A stretch of 64,000 bases of DNA from Anaerolineae bacterium. GTDB taxonomy: Bacteria > Chloroflexota > Anaerolineae > Aggregatilineales > Phototrophicaceae. Position 1 is the stretch's first letter. Each line of letters opens with the position of its first letter. Location of the stretch: contig JAEURA010000254.1 of the NCBI GenBank assembly GCA_016789005.1, positions 37,837 to 101,836 of the forward strand, read 5' to 3'. Under the pieces are notes generated by a model, which saw only the letters and a program-made list of their open reading frames with translations, searched no databases and had not been told where the DNA came from. Below are positions 1-8,633 of this stretch, one piece after another. A program made the translations under genes and the position numbers.

Positions 1-1335
1 CTGCGTCAGGAAATCGCGCTCAGACCGAAGCTGTTTCAGCAGGCTTTGCACCGATCTCTCCAGCATATCCAGCGTGACTTCGGTCTGTCGCTCATGCGCC
101 GCGATCATGCGCGCGTGCAGCGCCACCTCACGCACGAATGCCCCCGGCTGATTCACCAGATCGGGCACGACGGCGGCGTGATTATCCTGCCAGTGTTCTC
201 TCATGTAGTGCCTCAGCATCAGGATCGCCTGTTCTTCGTCCTCAATGGTGGGGATGACGAAGATGCGGTCAAGCCGCCCCGGTCGCTTGGAGATACGCTC
301 ATCTATCGCCTCTGGATAGTTAGTCGTCGCCAGCAGCAGCGCCCCCTTGGGGTTGTTCGGTGACTCGATGCCGTCCAGCACGTTCAGGACTCGCGCCTTG
401 TCATCGCCCCGCAGATAGGCGTCGAACTCCTCGACGATCAGCAGCACCGGAAAACGCGCCGCCGCTACTGCCTGAAGCGCGCGCTGAATCTTTTCGAAGG
501 AGGCACCGTCGCGATCTGAACCGGAGACGTAGACAACAACACGACCATGCCGAATAGCCAGGCGTGCCAGCGCCGCGCACAACATCGTCTTGCCAGTGCC
601 GGGTACGCCGGCAAGGAGCAGTTTGCGGAACGGCGGCAGCTTCAATTGGCGATAGATATCGACACCTTCATCGAAGAACGCCTCGATATCCTCCAGGATT
701 TTGGTCTTGAGGGCATCAGGAAGTATGACATCGGTCCATTCGACGGTTGGATCGAAGAAAGCATCGGTGCCACCGATGATGTAGACATCGCGGCGGCGGC
801 GAATGCGTGGGCGGACGGCACGGGCGCAGGCAAGCTCGAACGCCGCCCATGCCTGAAGCCGGTTTTCCGGGACGATTGCTACGGCGCTCAACTCCTGGGC
901 ATCGTCGCTCATATACGCGCTGGCATAGACGACTTCGAAGGGAGAGTCGCCCTCAGTGAAGTGAAAGATATAGGCTCCGGCACTGGCGGTCAGCACCATC
1001 TTCCGACCGCGTGCGCCGTAGTCGCTGATCGGAACTATCAGCGGGCAGTCCAGGTGCTCCATACCGACATAACGCGCCTTCGCCCGCAGCCTGCGCCCGG
1101 CTTTCACCTGTTTCTGCGCGACTCGATTGCTGCATTCCGACGATGCCCAGATTGTCACTGCTTCGACGCCGGGGTGGCGCTTGTCCCAGACTTCGCGCGC
1201 CCAGCCCACCAGCTTCTCGTAAAACATCCTGTCCACCTTTACGCGACGCCGCGCCGGGGCGAAAAGAGTCTCCAGCTCGCGTCGCGAGGTCGCAGAACGC
1301 GGCTTTTCTTGCGCAATTCGCTTCAGGAGACTCAT
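1..1335 (-). CDS. AAA+ family ATPase (3' end runs off window)
   Basis: Not in the ORF track; translated by hand from ATG at 1335, open to position 1. Walker A GVPGTGKT, Walker B-like LLIVEEFD, SRH TTNYPEAIDERISKRPGRLDRIF. Confidence 0.9.
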   Translation of the reverse strand, partial: MSLLKRIAQEKPRSATSRRELETLFAPARRRVKVDRMFYEKLVGWAREVWDKRHPGVEAVTIWASSECSNRVAQKQVKAGRRLRAKARYVGMEHLDCPLIVPISDYGARGRKMVLTASAGAYIFHFTEGDSPFEVVYASAYMSDDAQELSAVAIVPENRLQAWAAFELACARAVRPRIRRRRDVYIIGGTDAFFDPTVEWTDVILPDALKTKILEDIEAFFDEGVDIYRQLKLPPFRKLLLAGVPGTGKTMLCAALARLAIRHGRVVVYVSGSDRDGASFEKIQRALQAVAAARFPVLLIVEEFDAYLRGDDKARVLNVLDGIESPNNPKGALLLATTNYPEAIDERISKRPGRLDRIFVIPTIEDEEQAILMLRHYMREHWQDNHAAVVPDLVNQPGAFVREVALHARMIAAHERQTEVTLDMLERSVQSLLKQLRSERDFLTQ

Positions 1336-1352
1336 CAGCGGTCGTTCGTCCC

Positions 1353-1360
1353 ATTATAAT
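1353..1360. promoter_or_regulatory. Overlapping TATAAT -10 hexamers on both strands between divergent genes
   Basis: ATTATAAT reads TATAAT on + (1355-1360) and on - (1358-1353), inside the 55-bp gap between the AAA ATPase and deacetylase genes. Confidence 0.4.
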
Positions 1361-1390
1361 TGTTTCGATGATTCTCTATTCGAAAGTCAT

Positions 1391-2443
1391 GTGAAGGGTC
1401 AGCGCCTCGTGTCCGTTCTGTTCGTCACTCACCCCCGGTACGTAGAACATGATCTTGCACAACACCCCGAACACGCCGGACGCATTCGCGCCGTCTGGCG
1501 CGCTATGGAAGACACAAGCGCCAGCGACGTGGTGCAGTCGGTCGAGGCTCCGTCTGCCGATTTGCAGACTCTTCGCGCTGTACACACCGACGAATATCTT
1601 GAACTCCTGCGGTCGCTCGAACGCTTCGACCGGACCGTTCGGCTCGACCCGGACACCTATGCTAACCCCATCTCCTACGAAATCGCCAGAGTTTCAGCGG
1701 GCGGCGTCCTGCGCGCCGTCGATGGTGTGCTGAGCGGCATGAGCGCGTCAAGCCTGGCGGTCGTCCGTCCGCCGGGGCACCACGCCCTCCCACAGCGCGC
1801 GATGGGTTTCTGCCTGCTCGGCAACGTCGCCGTCGCCGCGCGTCACGCGCAGCGCATTTACGGGTTAGAGCGAATTCTGATCGTGGATTATGACGTGCAT
1901 CACGGAAATGGCACAGAGGCGGTTTTCTACGACGACCCCGGCGTGCTGTTCATCTCGACCCATCAGGTCAACATCTTTCCGGGCACAGGAGCCGTGCGCG
2001 ACACCGGAAGAGGGAAGGGTGAAGGTTTCACCATCAACATTCCCATGCCGGGTGGGTGTGGCGATAGCAGCTATGCGCGCGTATTCGAGGAAGTCGTCGA
2101 ACCGGCTGCGCGGCGTTTTCAACCGCAGCTCATCCTGGTCTCGGTAGGGCACGACGCCCACTGGGCAGATCCGCTGGCGTCGATGCAGCTCAGCCTGCGG
2201 GGTTACGCCGACCTTGCTTCCAGGCTTCACACGCTGGCGGGTGAACTATGCGGCGGGAAGATCGCCTTCGTCATGGAGGGCGGCTATCACCTTGATGCGT
2301 TGGGGTACGGCATCGCCAATATCGCACTCCTCCTCGCCGGCAAACCAATTCACGACCCGCTCGGTGCGCCACCCCAGGCTTTCCAAGAACCGGACATCAG
2401 CCGCCTGATCGCCGAGGTCCGACGAGTCCATCATCTGACCTGA
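1391..2443 (+). CDS. Histone deacetylase / AcuC family Zn-dependent deacetylase
   Basis: HPEHAGRI, RPPGHHA, GFCLLGN, DYDVHHGNGT, GHDAHWAD and EGGY motifs. Confidence 0.95.
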   Translation: MKGQRLVSVLFVTHPRYVEHDLAQHPEHAGRIRAVWRAMEDTSASDVVQSVEAPSADLQTLRAVHTDEYLELLRSLERFDRTVRLDPDTYANPISYEIARVSAGGVLRAVDGVLSGMSASSLAVVRPPGHHALPQRAMGFCLLGNVAVAARHAQRIYGLERILIVDYDVHHGNGTEAVFYDDPGVLFISTHQVNIFPGTGAVRDTGRGKGEGFTINIPMPGGCGDSSYARVFEEVVEPAARRFQPQLILVSVGHDAHWADPLASMQLSLRGYADLASRLHTLAGELCGGKIAFVMEGGYHLDALGYGIANIALLLAGKPIHDPLGAPPQAFQEPDISRLIAEVRRVHHLT

Positions 2444-2460
2444 CGGCGCGCTGCGAGCAT

Positions 2461-3213
2461 CTATATGTAGCGATACTGACCGCCGGCAAGCTGCCGGTCA
2501 ATCCAGCGGCTGATGTACGGATAGCGGAAATCTCGCCCGCGGAAGCTTTCAACTGCACCGAGGGTGCCGTAAAACACCATGATCAGCGGCAGCAGGATGA
2601 CCACCAGCAGCAGTCCGAGTCCGACCAGCCCCCAAAGCGGCACCAGGATGAAGCCTACCAGCGCCAGCACCGCCAGCAGCGCCACAATCATGCCAACGCC
2701 CCACACAACGCCGCCCACCGCCAGCAGCGCGGCAGCGCCGACGGTCCCGATCAGCTGCAGCACGAAGGCTTGCAGCGCATGAAAGGCGATGTAGTCGGAT
2801 TTCTTGCGGAAGATGAAATAGATCACCAGCGGGATGAAGATGCTGAGCGGCAGCACCGCGCCGACGCTGACGATTCCGCCAAAGAGCGTGATCCACGCGC
2901 TCGCGTGGGCAACTGCCGCCCACAGACGTTCATCGTCAGTGACCCGCATGGTGCTGTAACTGCGCGGCGCACGCGACCAGCTTCCTCCGCCGCGGGCGGC
3001 GTCTGGTCGTGGATTTCGCGGCGCATAGACCTCGTCATCTCGGAGCGATCCCTGTACGGTCAACCGCCTGGAGCGGTCGGTCTCTTCAGCGCTCTGTCTT
3101 TCAACCGCTTCACCACCGCCGGACGACAAACGAGTTACCCGGTCGATGTCGTCATGGGGCAGTATTGGTTCGTCCGTCACGTCGTTCTCTCCTCGGTCAA
3201 GCAGTTTCCTCAT
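2461..3213 (-). CDS. DUF4870-like membrane protein
   Basis: DDERLWAAVAH, a 3-TM core with FHALQAF, and C-terminal FRYPYI. Confidence 0.8.
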   Translation of the reverse strand: MRKLLDRGENDVTDEPILPHDDIDRVTRLSSGGGEAVERQSAEETDRSRRLTVQGSLRDDEVYAPRNPRPDAARGGGSWSRAPRSYSTMRVTDDERLWAAVAHASAWITLFGGIVSVGAVLPLSIFIPLVIYFIFRKKSDYIAFHALQAFVLQLIGTVGAAALLAVGGVVWGVGMIVALLAVLALVGFILVPLWGLVGLGLLLVVILLPLIMVFYGTLGAVESFRGRDFRYPYISRWIDRQLAGGQYRYI

Positions 3214-3306
3214 TGACAGTGTACGCAGCGACGCGCAAGATCGTTGCAGTCAGCGCGATCTGGTTGATCTGCGAGGCGTACTGATTATGAGCAGTGATTA
3301 CGTAAG

Positions 3307-3522
3307 ATGATCTCAAAACGTTTCACATTGAGCAAGCGCCTTCTTGGGGTTCTCATGATGGCCGGGGGCATCGGTGCATTCGCGGCGATCATCGGCATCG
3401 ATATCGTCGACGTTGGGCGTGAAGGCGGCATCGGACCCGCCCAGCAGATAGCGTTGGGTCTTGCGCTGGGGCTGGCAGTCGTCGGTCTGACGCTGATCCC
3501 GCTGGGCGATGCGCCGGCATGA
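3307..3522 (+). CDS. Small two-TM membrane protein
   Basis: 71 aa, two hydrophobic helices around GREGGIGPAQ; co-oriented just upstream of the GT-C gene. Confidence 0.7.
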   Translation: MISKRFTLSKRLLGVLMMAGGIGAFAAIIGIDIVDVGREGGIGPAQQIALGLALGLAVVGLTLIPLGDAPA

Positions 3523-3562
3523 GGCGTTCTAAGCGTCTTTCCTACGCCAGCAGCGCGAACTC

Positions 3563-5179
3563 ATGATCCAGCGAGACAGGCTGCTGCCCACCCTCCACCG
3601 TATGCTGATGGTCGCGGCGCTGGCGACTCTGTTCGCCTATCTGCTGATCTACGTGGTCTACGCCGGCAACCTGATCGCTTTCCCGTTCGACTACGACCAG
3701 GGTGAGGGATTTGAACTGGTCGATACGATCCTGTTCAGCCGAGGCGAGTTCCCCTACAAGGATACAAACCTCTATCCTTTCTATTCCAGCAACTATCCAC
3801 CGCTGTTTCACGTGATCGCTGCGCCTTTCGTCTGGCTGTTCGGACCCGCTTACTGGTATGGCAGGCTGCTCGGCTTTCTCGGCACCCTGATCACTACCGG
3901 AGCTATCGGGCTGGCGGTCTACCGGGAAGGACGCCGCCCCGCAGTTGCGCTGCTGGCAGGGTTGGCATTTCTCGCTTCCAACACCATCTATCACATCGGA
4001 CCGCTGTTCCGCCAGCACATGACGATGGTCATGTTTGAAACTCTGGCGGTTGTGGTGCTGGCGCATGTCAGCGAAATCGAAGACGCCCGCCGCCGCCGCA
4101 GGACGCTGCTGGTCGGGCTGGCGCTGATCCTGGCTGCCGGGTACACCAAACAGTTAGCCTTCGCAACAGCGCTGGCGGTCTTCGTGTTCCTGTTCATTCG
4201 CAATCCGCGCCGATCGATAATCTGGGGCGCGGGTTTTGCGCTGGTCGGAATCGGAATCTTCCTGTGGATGGATTTCGCTACCGGCGGTCAATGGTGGCTG
4301 CAAACCATCAGCGCCAACGTCAACGAATTCATTCCGGCGCAGACGGTGGGGCTATATCGCCTGTGGTTCAGCCTGCACGGCTTTCTGATCGTGCCGGCGC
4401 TCCTCATGGTGGGTTACGAGCTGTATTTCTCACGGCTGTCCATTTACAGCCTGTGGCTCGTCGCCGGCATCGCCGTCGGCGTTCTGAGCGGCAAATGGGG
4501 AGCGGGCGACAGCTACTTCGCTACCTCCATCGCCGGTCTGTGTCTGGTCAGCGGCATCTTCCTGTCGAGGCTCCTGAACGGCGATCTGGCTTTTCCTCCG
4601 ACCAACTTGTACGCCCGGCTGTTCGTCGCCCCGCTGCGGCGGGGCGTGCCGCTCGCGCGCGCCTTCTCCCTCCTGCTGGTCCCGTTGCTATACATCGGCT
4701 ACGGACGCGCCGTCCTGCACCTGCCGACTGAAGGAGTGATCTTTGCGCCCGCTGCCGATCTGCTCGGCGTGTCGGCGAACGCGCTGAACGGCTTTTATGA
4801 CTCGGCGGGACGCATCGCAGGAGGATATGCCGACATCGGTCACCTGACAAAACCATCGGATGTGGACGCCGGATGGCAAATCGTCGAACGTGTTCGAGAG
4901 GCATCAGGACCGGTATTGAGCGAAGAAGCCGCCTTCACGCTGCTGGCAGGCAAGGAAGTCATCACCAATCCGACTCAGCTTCTCAATCTCGCCAACAACG
5001 GGCAGTTCGATTCATCGCAGCTGGTCGAGATGATCCAAAGTCAGGCGTTCGGGTTGGTCGTTCTGCGCGCACAGTTCTACCCGCCGGACGTTCTGATTGC
5101 TATCGCCGAAAACTATCGCCAGGAGGAAGTCATTCACATGAACGGGTTCGATTATCTCCTGCTGCGCCCGATCCCGTGA
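3563..5179 (+). CDS. GT-C fold (ArnT/PMT-like) integral membrane glycosyltransferase
   Basis: First loop with DYDQGEG acidic motif and YPPLF, many TM helices, KQ motif, soluble C-terminal domain. Confidence 0.75.
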   Translation: MIQRDRLLPTLHRMLMVAALATLFAYLLIYVVYAGNLIAFPFDYDQGEGFELVDTILFSRGEFPYKDTNLYPFYSSNYPPLFHVIAAPFVWLFGPAYWYGRLLGFLGTLITTGAIGLAVYREGRRPAVALLAGLAFLASNTIYHIGPLFRQHMTMVMFETLAVVVLAHVSEIEDARRRRRTLLVGLALILAAGYTKQLAFATALAVFVFLFIRNPRRSIIWGAGFALVGIGIFLWMDFATGGQWWLQTISANVNEFIPAQTVGLYRLWFSLHGFLIVPALLMVGYELYFSRLSIYSLWLVAGIAVGVLSGKWGAGDSYFATSIAGLCLVSGIFLSRLLNGDLAFPPTNLYARLFVAPLRRGVPLARAFSLLLVPLLYIGYGRAVLHLPTEGVIFAPAADLLGVSANALNGFYDSAGRIAGGYADIGHLTKPSDVDAGWQIVERVREASGPVLSEEAAFTLLAGKEVITNPTQLLNLANNGQFDSSQLVEMIQSQAFGLVVLRAQFYPPDVLIAIAENYRQEEVIHMNGFDYLLLRPIP

Positions 5180-5221
5180 TGACACGCAGGCAGCGACGTC
5201 AGGTATAAGGATCTGAGCGCC

Positions 5222-6034
5222 TTGGAACAATGGCGGCTGATCGTGGACGTGCCGGCTGCGGGGGCGCGCAATATGGCGGTCGATCATGCCATCCTGGAAG
5301 CCGTGATCGCGGGCACAGCCTCGCCAACCCTCCGCTTCTACCAATGGCATCCCGCCTGCCTGTCGCTGGGCTATGGGCAGCACGCTCACGAAGTCGATCT
5401 TGCCCGCCTGACAGCGCACAGATTCGGGGTTGTGCGCCGCCCAACGGGGGGACAGGCAGTCCTGCACGCCGATGAACTCACCTACAGCATTGCCCTGCCC
5501 GATTCGCACCCGCTGGCGCAGGGCAGTATCGTCGAAAGCTATCGCCGGCTCAGCGACGGATTGATCGCCGGGCTGAAAGCGCTCGGCATCGCGGTCCGCG
5601 CAGAGCCGCGTCAGCAGCGCATCTCTTCCATCTCGCCGGTCGTCTGTTTCGAAAGCACGTCGGACTACGAGATCACCTGCAACGGGCGCAAACTGGTCGG
5701 CAGCGCCCAGATGCGCAAGCGTGGCGGCGTCCTCCAGCATGGCTCGCTGCCCCTGGTCGGCGATGCTGCGCGGATCTGCGAAGTCCTGCGCTACGATACG
5801 GAGACCGCTCGCCAGGATGCCCGAAAGTCCGTACTTGACCGGGCGACAACCCTGGAGGCTGAAACCCACACCGCCCCATTGTTCTATCAGGTTGCGGAGA
5901 CTCTGGCGGAAGCACTGGCGGCTGCCTATGAGGTCCTGTTCGTACGCCGGGTGCTCGACGAAGACGAGCACGCGCGCGCTATCGTGCTGGAAGACCAAAT
6001 CTACGGCAGCGACAGCTGGACTTTCCGCCGCTAA
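5222..6034 (+). CDS. Lipoate-protein ligase / octanoyltransferase (LplA/LipM family)
   Basis: NMAVDHAIL, TLRFYQW, RRPTGGQAVLH, KLVGSAQ, LQHGS. Confidence 0.9.
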   Translation: MEQWRLIVDVPAAGARNMAVDHAILEAVIAGTASPTLRFYQWHPACLSLGYGQHAHEVDLARLTAHRFGVVRRPTGGQAVLHADELTYSIALPDSHPLAQGSIVESYRRLSDGLIAGLKALGIAVRAEPRQQRISSISPVVCFESTSDYEITCNGRKLVGSAQMRKRGGVLQHGSLPLVGDAARICEVLRYDTETARQDARKSVLDRATTLEAETHTAPLFYQVAETLAEALAAAYEVLFVRRVLDEDEHARAIVLEDQIYGSDSWTFRR

Positions 6035-7065
6035 ATCCGCTCATCAAGCGCGACCACCCGGTCGATGGTCATTTCCCAAATCGCCTCGCGGCGGGCGAGC
6101 GCGCCTGCCGCCACCGCACGATCCGCCAGTTGCAGCATTTCGTTGCGCATATGAGCGAAGGCGAACATAGTCCGGCGGCGAAATTCCAGCCGTAGAAAGC
6201 TCACCTCGCTCACCCAGCGCAGCGGGAGGATCATCCCTATCCCCGGCAGCTGAATGCCCCCCCTGTGCCGTGCCGCGCTGCTCGATGAAGCGCCGCCAGC
6301 GTTGTTCATACTGGCGAGGAGTTGCTCCGGCCTCTCAAAGAATCGCGGACTGGCGATATCGACTTCATCCAGCGCGCGGTGTCCCTGCTGATCCAGAACT
6401 TCAGCCCAGAGGCTCTGAAACTCGTCGCGATCGGGGATTCGCCCCTGCTCCAGTGCCTCAGCTGCCGCTGCATCTCCCTGAACGCTCTGGCGCAGCAGCC
6501 TGCGGATCTGCATCTGCATACGAGGCATCGAAAACGTGCTCTGCTGCACCCGATTGGGCGAAAACCCCAGGCGCAGCGCCAGCGCCCCCACCAACGTAAG
6601 GGCAACTTCTAACTCGGTAGACGCGACGGCGAACCTCGTATATGCCGTCTCCATCGCCGCGACCGCCGAGTCAAAGCGCTCGTAGGGCTGGCAGGTATCG
6701 CGTACGATGCCGTGCGCTGCCGCCATCGTCCATCGCGGTGCGCGCAACCGCGCGTGTGCCAATCGCACCGCCAACCACGAGGGGTGCAGCGCCAAGTCAT
6801 CGTCAAGCCTGTCGCCGCCGACCAACCAGGCGACGGGCACACGCCAGCGCCGCGCGAGCGATTCCAGCGCTGTGCCGTTCCATGCCAGGCGTTCCCCCTG
6901 CCGGACGAAGAGCGCCGATTCATACGGCAGACGAGGGTCGAACCGTCGGAATAGCCTGTCATGGATCGGCTCGCCACAGGAAAGGATCAGGCTGCTTGTG
7001 AAGGCTGACGGTTGCGCCGGAAGCGCCAGATTTTCCTTGTCAAATCGAACATTTGTGTGTATCAT
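6031..7065 (-). CDS. Hypothetical protein resembling the central helical domain of rifampin phosphotransferase-like PEP-utilising enzymes (start uncertain)
   Basis: GHRALDEVDIASPRFFERPE and LADRAVAAGALARREAIWEMTIDRV resemble that domain; no ATP-grasp or His-swivel domain. Confidence 0.55.
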   Translation of the reverse strand: MIHTNVRFDKENLALPAQPSAFTSSLILSCGEPIHDRLFRRFDPRLPYESALFVRQGERLAWNGTALESLARRWRVPVAWLVGGDRLDDDLALHPSWLAVRLAHARLRAPRWTMAAAHGIVRDTCQPYERFDSAVAAMETAYTRFAVASTELEVALTLVGALALRLGFSPNRVQQSTFSMPRMQMQIRRLLRQSVQGDAAAAEALEQGRIPDRDEFQSLWAEVLDQQGHRALDEVDIASPRFFERPEQLLASMNNAGGASSSSAARHRGGIQLPGIGMILPLRWVSEVSFLRLEFRRRTMFAFAHMRNEMLQLADRAVAAGALARREAIWEMTIDRVVALDERI

Positions 7066-7071
7066 TAGGGT

Positions 7072-8229
7072 ATGCTGATACGTCCCTCACTTGACCCTGT
7101 AGAGAAAATCGCCCTGATGGGTGATGTCACCAGCGATGAACCGGCTGGTGACACCCCCGCGCAAGAGCGCAAACCACAGCGCTACCAGTCTACCAGCCTC
7201 GAAGAATGTATTTCCAACGTCAGCACGCCCAAGGGCAAGAAACCTGTCCTGAAGACGATGATGACGACAGCGTGCGAGCGCAACTGCTTCTACTGCCCGT
7301 TTCGGGCGGGGCGCGGTAAGACGCAGCGCATCACCATCCGTCCGGAGGAGATGGCGACGGCATTCGACCAGCTTCAGCGGGCGGGCAAGGTCGATGGTCT
7401 GTTCCTGTCATCCGGCATCGTCAGGGGCGGCGTGACAGCACAGGACAAAATCCTCGACACGGTAGACATTATCCGCAGCCGACAGGCTTACCGGGGTTAC
7501 GTGCACCTGAAGTTGATGCCGGGCGCGGAGACAGATCAGATTCGCCGCGCGCTCGAACTCGCCGACCGCGTCTCAATCAACCTTGAAGGTCCGACCAGCG
7601 AACGTCTGCAGGCGCTTGCCCCCAAGAAAGACCTTGACGGCGAGCTGCTGAAGACGCTGCAAACAGCGCATCGACTCCGCCAGGCGATGCCGGGCAAACG
7701 CACGAGTCTGGTAACCCAGTTCGTCGTCGGCGCGGTAGGCGATACCGATCTGGAGCTTTTAAGCCTGAGTACACGCCTGTACCGTCAGATGCACCTGAGC
7801 CGCATCTACTATTCCGGGTTCAACCCTATCCAGGATACGCCGCTGGAAAACACCCAGGCGACCGATCCACTGCGGGAACACCGCCTGTATCAGGCGAGCT
7901 TCTTGCTCCGCGATTACGGATGGGATGTGGAGGACCTGAATTTCGTCGGCGATGGATTCCTCGACCTTGAAGTGGATCCCAAGCGCGCCTGGGCAGAGAC
8001 CCACCTGCGCTTTCAGCCCATCGAAATCAACCGGGCTTCGCGAGAACAGCTGATGCGCGTGCCCGGAATCGGCAGCAAGGGCGCAGAGGCGATTCTGCGG
8101 GCACGTCGGAATGGTCGCCTGGACAGCCTGGACGATCTGCGCAAGATTGGCGTTGTCGGTGCGGAGCGCGCCGCCGAGTTCATCACCCTGTCGGGCAAAC
8201 GTCCGGAACGTCAGATGCGCCTGTTTTAG
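7072..8229 (+). CDS. Putative DNA modification/repair radical SAM protein with HhH motif
   Basis: CERNCFYC (CX3CX2C), GLFLSSG, YVHLKLMPG, REHRLYQASFLLRDYG, VPGIGSKG HhH. Confidence 0.9.
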   Translation: MLIRPSLDPVEKIALMGDVTSDEPAGDTPAQERKPQRYQSTSLEECISNVSTPKGKKPVLKTMMTTACERNCFYCPFRAGRGKTQRITIRPEEMATAFDQLQRAGKVDGLFLSSGIVRGGVTAQDKILDTVDIIRSRQAYRGYVHLKLMPGAETDQIRRALELADRVSINLEGPTSERLQALAPKKDLDGELLKTLQTAHRLRQAMPGKRTSLVTQFVVGAVGDTDLELLSLSTRLYRQMHLSRIYYSGFNPIQDTPLENTQATDPLREHRLYQASFLLRDYGWDVEDLNFVGDGFLDLEVDPKRAWAETHLRFQPIEINRASREQLMRVPGIGSKGAEAILRARRNGRLDSLDDLRKIGVVGAERAAEFITLSGKRPERQMRLF

Positions 8230-8250
8230 CCCGAAGCGCGCCGACCGCCC

Positions 8251-8278
8251 TTGACGCGGCACAGCCTTGCTTTATAAT
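8251..8278 (+). promoter_or_regulatory. Sigma70-type promoter of rpmF
   Basis: TTGACG (8251-8256), 16-nt spacer, TATAAT (8273-8278). Confidence 0.7.
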
Positions 8279-8343
8279 CCCATACTAAATAAGCACGCCG
8301 CCGGTCACCTGGGGACCGGCGTTATCATGTCAGGAGCAATCTT

Positions 8344-8529
8344 GTGGGTCCGCTTCCAAAGCGCAAACATTCCCGCAGCCGCCGTGATCGCCGACGCGCT
8401 CACGATGCGCTGTCGCTCAACCACCTGGTCGCTTGCGAGAACTGCGGTGAGTACCATGTCTCACACCGGGTCTGCCCGAAGTGCGGCACGTATCACGGCA
8501 AGACCGTGGTTGAAGTCAAGTCCGAGTAA
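8344..8529 (+). CDS. rpmF: 50S ribosomal protein L32 (zinc-ribbon type)
   Basis: PLPKRKHSRSRRDRRRAH; CENC and HRVCPKCGTYHG. Confidence 0.97.
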   Translation: MGPLPKRKHSRSRRDRRRAHDALSLNHLVACENCGEYHVSHRVCPKCGTYHGKTVVEVKSE

Positions 8530-8633
8530 TTCTCTATTTCGGCTGCACCTTTGAACGAGCCGCTCTCGCCTTGTCCTGAGCGGCTCGTTCTGTAGTACAC
8601 TAGGTCTGACGTAGATCACGGAGCATTTTCTGC

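Noticed and set aside
547-1359. 270-aa plus-strand ORF (and 46..363)
   Set aside because: Antisense shadow of the minus-strand AAA ATPase.
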